Source: Hyphomicrobiales bacterium
GTDB taxonomy: Bacteria > Pseudomonadota > Alphaproteobacteria > Rhizobiales > JAJFHC01
Reading direction: 5' to 3'
Assembly: GCA_965275905.1 (NCBI GenBank)
Contig: CBDHYJ010000081.1
Coordinates: 88,392 to 152,391 of the forward strand
DNA length: 64,000 nucleotides
The notes below the pieces were generated by a model that ran no database searches, was not told the DNA's origin, and was given only the letters and a program-made list of their open reading frames with translations. Of this stretch, positions 58,158-64,000 are shown in pieces. The position numbers and the translations under genes were made by a program. The first letter of the stretch is position 1; each line of letters opens with the position of its first letter.

Positions 58158-58557
58158 GACGGCTCCTTCAGTCCGGAGGTTTCCGTTCAGACATCCATTG
58201 AACCGGTTACGCACATTCGCTCAACCGGACAATTCATATAGCGCCAAAGCGTTAACAGCCCAGCGCAATAGATGAAGCCCTGTGCCGGATTGGCACATTC
58301 CGGCCCGATCCCGTACGGCAGTTTGCCGTTAAATCGGTGATTTGCCGGCGGTCCCCATCGCACTTGCCCCGGATTTTGGCCAAACAGGCGCCAGACGCCG
58401 TGATCGCCGGCTTCTGGCACGAAATCTGCGACCTCTGACACGAAAGCACCAGCACCTGGGTACGGGTGTGTCAAAGCCGGACGGTCAGTTTCTGGCCGTC
58501 CGGCAGCACCAGCCCCGACAACGAGCTGATAATTTGCAAACGGGGGTCTTAAGGACC

Positions 58558-59184
58558 ATGAAACTCGCAACCACCAGATCGCTTTTCGACTACTGGAACA
58601 GCCTGCGTGGAGACAGGGCGATGCCTCATCGTCGGCAGATAGACCCTGCAATGTTCAAGAATGCCCTGCCTCAGGTCTTTATCCTTGAGCGCCTGGACGA
58701 GTTCACCTATCCGTTCCGCATTGCGGGCACCGGCCTCTGCAGTCAGTTTGGCCGGGAACTGACCGGCGATGACTTTCTGGAAATGTGGTCGCCCGCGGAA
58801 CGCGAAGGTCTTGAGTCCCTTCTGCTGAGCGTAACCGAGGACGGAGCCTGCTCTGTGCTCGGCATTGCGTGCGAAACGGAATGCGAGCGCTCCCTGGAGA
58901 TGGAAGTCGTCCTGATGCCGCTGACCCTGGACGCAGACCACGCGACACAGGTGATCGGCGCGATAACGCCTTACAAGAAGGAATACTGGTTCGGCCACGA
59001 ACGTATCGTGCGCCAGTCCATAAAGAGCCTGCGCCTCCTTTGGCCCGACGGCATGCCGACCCCGCTCGTCGACGGCAAACCGAGCATCATGGATCGGCCC
59101 GCATCGCATCCCGCCCGCAAGAGAGCCGATGCAGAGGGCAACCCGAAACTGGTCGTCATCGACGGCGGCCTCTCCGGCGGATAA
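58558..59184 (+). CDS. PAS_5 (DUF1457) domain protein
   Basis: LFDYWNSLRG, FRIAGTGLC, LVVIDGG tail. Confidence 0.9.
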   Translation: MKLATTRSLFDYWNSLRGDRAMPHRRQIDPAMFKNALPQVFILERLDEFTYPFRIAGTGLCSQFGRELTGDDFLEMWSPAEREGLESLLLSVTEDGACSVLGIACETECERSLEMEVVLMPLTLDADHATQVIGAITPYKKEYWFGHERIVRQSIKSLRLLWPDGMPTPLVDGKPSIMDRPASHPARKRADAEGNPKLVVIDGGLSGG

Positions 59185-59297
59185 CGCAGGAAACCTGCCC
59201 GAACAGCAGGGCCCAAGATCCCGTATCGGCAACTGTCCGTTAACCAGAAGCACTGTATCTTTGCGGTGAAACTGGCCGAAACCGGTCGGCTCAGTGT

Positions 59298-59927
59298 GTG
59301 ACTTTGCTGAAATCGGGTGCCGAATTGGCTGACCTCGCGAGATCATTCGATTCAGAAAACAAACGCGTCTTCCCGCGCATTCCCGTCAGCTTGCCTGGCC
59401 GGTACATGCTCTCGGACCGTCGCGAATTCGACTGCGAAATCCGCGATATTTCCGGAAGCGGTCTGTCACTGCTCGGACCGGAAGCAGGTGCCCCCTGCGA
59501 ACGTGTCGTGGTCTATGTCTCTGAGATCGGCCGGCTGGAAGGTATTCTCGTCCGCACATTCGAAGGCGGTTTCGCAATCGAATTCCTGCTTACCCCGTTC
59601 AAGCAGGAGAAGCTGCTCAGCACATTGGAGTGGCTGCAGCAGAAGGGTGAAAAGGGCCTTGCCGAAAAGCGCCGCCATGAGCGCACGGTTCCCGAAAAGC
59701 CGGGATCGAGCTTTACTCTCCCTGATGGACGGACGTATCCGTGTGAAGTGATCGACATGTCGATCAGCGGAGCGTCGATCCGCGTCAGCGTCATGCCCAG
59801 TCTCGGCACACCGGTCCACCTGGGAAAGATGCGCGGCGTGGTCTCCCGGCATCACCCCGAAGGCGTTGCCATCAAGTTCAGCGACGTTCCCGAAGCGGGA
59901 TCCATTTCAGACCATTTCGGGGCGTAA
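59298..59927 (+). CDS. Tandem PilZ domain protein
   Basis: RVFPR..DISGSG and RRHER..DMSISG. Confidence 0.92.
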   Translation: MTLLKSGAELADLARSFDSENKRVFPRIPVSLPGRYMLSDRREFDCEIRDISGSGLSLLGPEAGAPCERVVVYVSEIGRLEGILVRTFEGGFAIEFLLTPFKQEKLLSTLEWLQQKGEKGLAEKRRHERTVPEKPGSSFTLPDGRTYPCEVIDMSISGASIRVSVMPSLGTPVHLGKMRGVVSRHHPEGVAIKFSDVPEAGSISDHFGA

Positions 59928-60163
59928 TTCCGCAATAACCTGGCGGAAAGTCTGCGCCTCAGGCGTTCTCCACGGCATTTTTTTTCGCATCTGTTGAAGA
60001 TTTTTTCGCCCCCTGGAGCGGGTGGATTTGCACGCACTGAGACGCGCGCATTCACCGCGCGCGCGTTCATCCGACGCGCGGGCGATTCTTCAACCCATTG
60101 ATTTGTCTCTGCTTTTTGCCCGGTGAATTCATTACAATTTTAATCAAATTCGAAAAGCTAAAA

Positions 60164-60203
60164 TTTTACTCAAATACAAATCAAGTTTTACTCAAATATA
60201 AAT
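60164..60203 (+). repeat. 18-bp AT-rich direct repeat at 22-bp period
   Basis: TTTTACTCAAATACAAAT and TTTTACTCAAATATAAAT. Confidence 0.75.
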
Positions 60204-60262
60204 AGAATGAACCCAAGTATATTTCCGTGATCGAAAATCCTCTGTGACACATTGGCGTCACT

Positions 60263-60928
60263 ATGAGGACAGGGACACAATATTTTCGGCACGCCCGACA
60301 GGGGATCATCTTTGCAGTAGCAGCGATGATGGCGCTGACGGTTGATGCCACCGCTTCCCAGAGCAATCACTCGCTCCAGGGAACGTCACGCGCGAAAGCC
60401 TTCATGACGGTGTACGGCAAAACGCTGCCGCCGATCGGGCACGTGCAATTCTGTCAACGCCACACGGAAGAATGTGGAAATGGCTCGGGAGTGGCCAAGC
60501 GCGTAAAGCTGAACGATGTCCGCTGGGACGAGCTCGTAAAGGTCAACGACTACGTCAATCGCCGCATCGAGCCGGTAACGGATCAGGCCCTCTACAACAC
60601 ACCGGAGAACTGGACCTATCCCGAACAGTACGGCGACTGCGAGGATTATGTCCTCCTGAAACAGCGCTACCTGATCAATCTGGGATGGCCGGTAGAGGCG
60701 CTTCTGATCACGGTAGTCCGCGACCACAAAAACGAAGGTCACGCCGTTCTTACGGTGGCGACGGATGCCGGCGACTTCATTCTGGACAACCAGAACCCGG
60801 ACATACTGCCGTGGCACACCACCGGATACACCTATTACAAGCGCCAGTCCCAGGAACACCCGTTCCAGTGGGTCTCGGTCAGGAGAGGCACGCAGGCGCG
60901 GGCAAACACAGTGACGGGGGTACGCTGA
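60263..60928 (+). CDS. Transglutaminase-like cysteine peptidase (BTLCP, LapG-like)
   Basis: PPIGHVQFC, GDCEDY, GHAVL, LDN. Confidence 0.93.
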   Translation: MRTGTQYFRHARQGIIFAVAAMMALTVDATASQSNHSLQGTSRAKAFMTVYGKTLPPIGHVQFCQRHTEECGNGSGVAKRVKLNDVRWDELVKVNDYVNRRIEPVTDQALYNTPENWTYPEQYGDCEDYVLLKQRYLINLGWPVEALLITVVRDHKNEGHAVLTVATDAGDFILDNQNPDILPWHTTGYTYYKRQSQEHPFQWVSVRRGTQARANTVTGVR

Positions 60929-60956
60929 GACAGGCGTGAAAGACAAACAGTTCTGA

Positions 60957-61046
60957 GGCCCGGTTAGTCCCCCCTCCCCCATCCCCAATAACCGGGCCCC
61001 AAGCGGAGCCGGTCCTGCGTCCCCTCAGGACCGGCTCTATCTTTTT
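60957..61046 (+). terminator. Two hairpins with C-rich loops, the second an intrinsic terminator
   Basis: GGCCCGGTTA/TAACCGGGCC and GAGCCGGTCCTG/CAGGACCGGCTC followed by T-run. Confidence 0.75.
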
Positions 61047-61075
61047 GAAGCTTCCGGCGGGGCTGACGAGAGAAG

Positions 61076-61603
61076 CTACTTAGCAGCCAGCCCGGTCTTG
61101 TATCGCTGCCAGTTTTCGACGTAGTGGTCGGCCAGGGTGGCGATGTGAGCCGCCTGTTCGTCCGAAATCTCGCGCACGACCCGGCCGGGCGATCCCATCA
61201 CCAACGAATTGTCCGGAATGGTCTTGCCTTCGGGAATCAGGGCATGGGCACCGATGATGCAATTGCGGCCGATGACGGAGCCGTTCAGGATCGTACTGCC
61301 GATGCCGATCAGCGTGTTTTCGGCAATGGTGCAGCCATGCAGCATCGCCATGTGCCCGACAGTGACATTCGGGCCGATATCCAGCGGATACCCCATATCC
61401 GTGTGCAGAACGCAACCGTCCTGGATGTTGGAGTTCTCGCCAATGGTGATCCATTCATTGTCACCCCGGAGCACGGCTCCGAACCAGACGCTTGAGGCGG
61501 ACTTGAGCCTGACGCGTCCGAGGACGACGGCTGTGGGGGCAATCCAGTAGCGGCCGTCCTCAGGCAGGTCCGGCTCTATGCCATCGAGCGTGAATTCCGA
61601 CAT
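61076..61603 (-). CDS. Gamma carbonic anhydrase family protein
   Basis: [19 protein letters not shown], hexapeptide repeats. Confidence 0.95.
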   Translation of the reverse strand: MSEFTLDGIEPDLPEDGRYWIAPTAVVLGRVRLKSASSVWFGAVLRGDNEWITIGENSNIQDGCVLHTDMGYPLDIGPNVTVGHMAMLHGCTIAENTLIGIGSTILNGSVIGRNCIIGAHALIPEGKTIPDNSLVMGSPGRVVREISDEQAAHIATLADHYVENWQRYKTGLAAK

Positions 61604-61646
61604 GCCTGCCGCGCCTCCTCGCAAAGGACATCACTGCTTTCTGATT

Positions 61647-61976
61647 CTAGATATGACCCGATGCCCTCAGGGCGACATAAATATTCAGGATGAACACGCC
61701 CGAAAGCAGGCTCCAGGCTGCTGAAATCGCGGTGCTCAGAGCCAGCCAGTGCCCTGATCGCCGCTCGATCAGGCGGGCGCGGATTGCATTTCGCATGATG
61801 ACCGCCGGTCCAGCGAGCACGAGCGTCATAATGCCGAACATGAGCAGGACCCGGTTCATGTCGAGCAGCTCAAATGTCATCTGCCGGTTTGTGACCAGTT
61901 GAAAAAAGCTCCCCATCAGCCCGCCGGCGACGAACCCCGTCGCAATCGCAAATACATAAACAAACAACACACTCAT
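61647..61976 (-). CDS. Small membrane protein (DUF6949-like)
   Basis: Three hydrophobic segments, AGPAVIMRNAIR. Confidence 0.75.
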   Translation of the reverse strand: MSVLFVYVFAIATGFVAGGLMGSFFQLVTNRQMTFELLDMNRVLLMFGIMTLVLAGPAVIMRNAIRARLIERRSGHWLALSTAISAAWSLLSGVFILNIYVALRASGHI

Positions 61977-62125
61977 TACACTAACATCCCTGTCGGATCG
62001 CAATAGACCGTCACGGGCGTCCCGAACGCACTCGCCAGTTGACCCGGTCGGAAGACACAGAGCAATCTCCGTACCAGAACAACACCGTTACAAATCGGGT
62101 CAACGCCCCCCTCAACGGTGCGAGA

Positions 62126-62140
62126 ATAACACTTTTTTAA
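62126..62140. promoter_or_regulatory. CtrA-like box
   Basis: ATAA-N7-TTAA, 7/8 match to TTAA-N7-TTAA. Confidence 0.45.
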
Positions 62141-62320
62141 CCACCGTCAGGCGGCAATCGCACGGGTTTCGGGAACAAGGTAAAGATTCTTGTTTCAGTT
62201 TGGGACAGCCGGGCGGCCCGGGCTGGATGACTGCCGAAAACAGCTCAGCAGATCCTGCCAGCTACGGCCTGTCGCGACCTCAGGCGTTCTCGGTGAGCGT
62301 GCGGATCGGACGACGATCCG

Positions 62321-62536
62321 CTACATGTTTTCGAGATCAAATTCCAGGATCGCCATCTGGAACGAATAGGAAAGATCGTCGTCATCGTCGTCGCGGAACA
62401 TGACTCCGATGAACTCGTCTCCGATGTAAACCTCTGCCGAGTCGTCCTTCTGGGGACGCTGCCTCACCTCGATCGTGTCGAGGCGAAAGGTGGTACGCAT
62501 GTACTTTTCTAGTTTCAGGATCTCGTTGCGGTCCAC
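62321..62536 (-). CDS. DUF3126 family protein
   Basis: DSAEVYIGDEFIG...SYSFQMAILE; GGAG before GTG. Confidence 0.9.
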   Translation of the reverse strand: MDRNEILKLEKYMRTTFRLDTIEVRQRPQKDDSAEVYIGDEFIGVMFRDDDDDDLSYSFQMAILEFDLENM

Positions 62537-62659
62537 CGGGCTGGCTCCCTGTTGAATGCGGAAAGTTGGAAACGCGCTGTTGTATCGCCGGAATCGGCGG
62601 TCTGCAATGGAGCGACGCAAATTTCTTCACTTCCCCGCACCGGTTGCACAGCCGCCTGA

Positions 62660-63496
62660 TCAGATCTGGGAATCGTCGGAAACCTCGAGCATGTGATCCA
62701 TCTTCCGTGCAGGCTCGTTGCAGCCCGCAAATCCGACAATGCGCGCGGGCACACCGGCCACGGTCCGGTTTGACGGCACATCGTGAAGCACGACGCTGCC
62801 CGATGCGACCCTCGAGCATTCTCCGATCTCGATATTCCCGAGGATCTTGGCTCCGGCCCCGATCAGCACTCCGCGCCGGATCTTCGGATGACGGTCGCCG
62901 CCCTCCTTGCCGGTTCCGCCCAGGGTGACGGCCTGGAGGATGGAAACCTCGTCTTCCACGACCGCCGTCCCGCCGATCACGAGGCCCGTGGCGTGATCAA
63001 CCATGATCCCCCGCCCGATACGGGCGGCCGGATGGATATCGACCTGAAAGACCTCTGACGACCTGCTCTGCAGGTAGAGCGCGAAGTCGCTGCGGGCCAT
63101 ATGCCAGAGACGGTGCGCCATCCGGAAAACCTGGAGGGCGTGGAATCCCTTGAAATAGAGGAACGGCTCGATGAAACGGTCGCATGCCGGATCGCGGTCC
63201 TGCGTCGCAACGATGTCGGCCCGCGCCGCCGCCCCGATCTCGGGGTCCTCCCTTATGGCTTCGTCAAAGGCCAACCTGACAAGGTCGCCGTGAACGTCCT
63301 CATGCTCGATCCGCTGGCCCAGGCGATGCGCGAGCGCGTCCTCGAACCTGTCGTGGCTTAACACCGCCGCATGAACGAAACCGGCGATCGCCGGCTCCCG
63401 AGCTACGATCGCCTCCGCCTCGTCGCGTATGCGTCTCCAGACAGGATCGACCGCGTCAACGGACTTCTGCACAGAGCTTTGGGTCTGGCTTGGCAT
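62660..63496 (-). CDS. cysE: Serine O-acetyltransferase
   Basis: DRDPAC, KGFHALQ, DIHPAA, DHATG, GGTGK, RHPK. Confidence 0.97.
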   Translation of the reverse strand: MPSQTQSSVQKSVDAVDPVWRRIRDEAEAIVAREPAIAGFVHAAVLSHDRFEDALAHRLGQRIEHEDVHGDLVRLAFDEAIREDPEIGAAARADIVATQDRDPACDRFIEPFLYFKGFHALQVFRMAHRLWHMARSDFALYLQSRSSEVFQVDIHPAARIGRGIMVDHATGLVIGGTAVVEDEVSILQAVTLGGTGKEGGDRHPKIRRGVLIGAGAKILGNIEIGECSRVASGSVVLHDVPSNRTVAGVPARIVGFAGCNEPARKMDHMLEVSDDSQI

Positions 63497-63674
63497 GAAC
63501 GAATCTCCAGCGGGCGCATCCAGAATACATCTAGTTGCACCAAAAGGCCTTTCAATGACAACAGGGAACAGGGTCACCGTGCCCAGAAACCTCCGCGCCC
63601 TGCGCCAGTCTGCGCCCGCAATGCCTTATCCTGAATCGAATGTTCAACGCGCCTTCTCAAGCGATTGAAATGAC

Positions 63675-64000
63675 TCACAGATCGTCGAGAAACGCCAGAA
63701 CGGCGTCCGTGAACACGTCATTGCGGTCGCCGGCAACCATGTGACCGGCATCGCTGACATCGGCATACCGTGCGTGCGGCACGTATTCCAGGAATTCGCG
63801 CACGTGCTCCTCGCTTACAAGTTCGCTTTGCCGTCCGCGCACAAGCAGCACCGGCAATTTCAGAGCCCGCGCTGCGGCAATGTTCCGCGCTTGAGCTTTT
63901 TCCCGGTCTTCAGCAGTCGATTGCCGTGCATTGAGAAACCTGGGGTCCCAATGCCATCTGTAACGGCCGTCTTCACCCAACCGCAGGTTCTTTGTCAGGC
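63675..64000 (-). CDS. Alpha/beta hydrolase (5' part outside window)
   Basis: WHWDP, PVLLVRG, AGHMVAGD. Confidence 0.85.
   Translation of the reverse strand, partial: LTKNLRLGEDGRYRWHWDPRFLNARQSTAEDREKAQARNIAAARALKLPVLLVRGRQSELVSEEHVREFLEYVPHARYADVSDAGHMVAGDRNDVFTDAVLAFLDDL

Noticed and set aside
1-64000. tRNA, rRNA, prophage, IS or defence systems
   Set aside because: None recognised by inspection; dedicated tools would be needed to exclude divergent cases.

Overview
GC-rich alphaproteobacterial chromosome segment, most likely Hyphomicrobiales/Rhizobiales, judged from the nifU-like/yidD, folE-hisI-patatin-CBS-rhomboid-PAS-PilZ-BTLCP-gammaCA-cysE backbone. About 68 CDSs; no rRNA, tRNA, CRISPR, integrase or transposase seen. 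Core genes occupy 0-2.2 kb (thrS), 45-46 kb and 52.5-64 kb. Accessory genes fill 2.4-45 kb (PQQ alcohol dehydrogenase, alpha-carbonic anhydrase, desaturase, MttB/GcvT, PhoX, PPK2 and others) and 46.5-52 kb (H-NOX signalling cluster). The best candidate new system is a predicted ECF-sigma regulon. One promoter motif, GGAAT-N16-(T/C)GTTGTC, occurs four times with identical spacing: before a secreted subtilase with an (Asp-Gly)15 tract plus a pseudo-hydrolase, before a DUF1611 protein, before the sigma/anti-sigma/AMMECR1-like operon, and about 17 kb away before an ABC exporter plus Asp/Asn beta-hydroxylase. Also notable: a tRNA-Thr-anticodon-like hairpin in the thrS leader, two frameshifts each explained by loss of a short direct repeat, a 37-bp motif flanking the H-NOX cluster, FNR-type boxes, and several unannotated small ORFs and structured RNAs. 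Family calls come from motif recognition by eye, not database searches.
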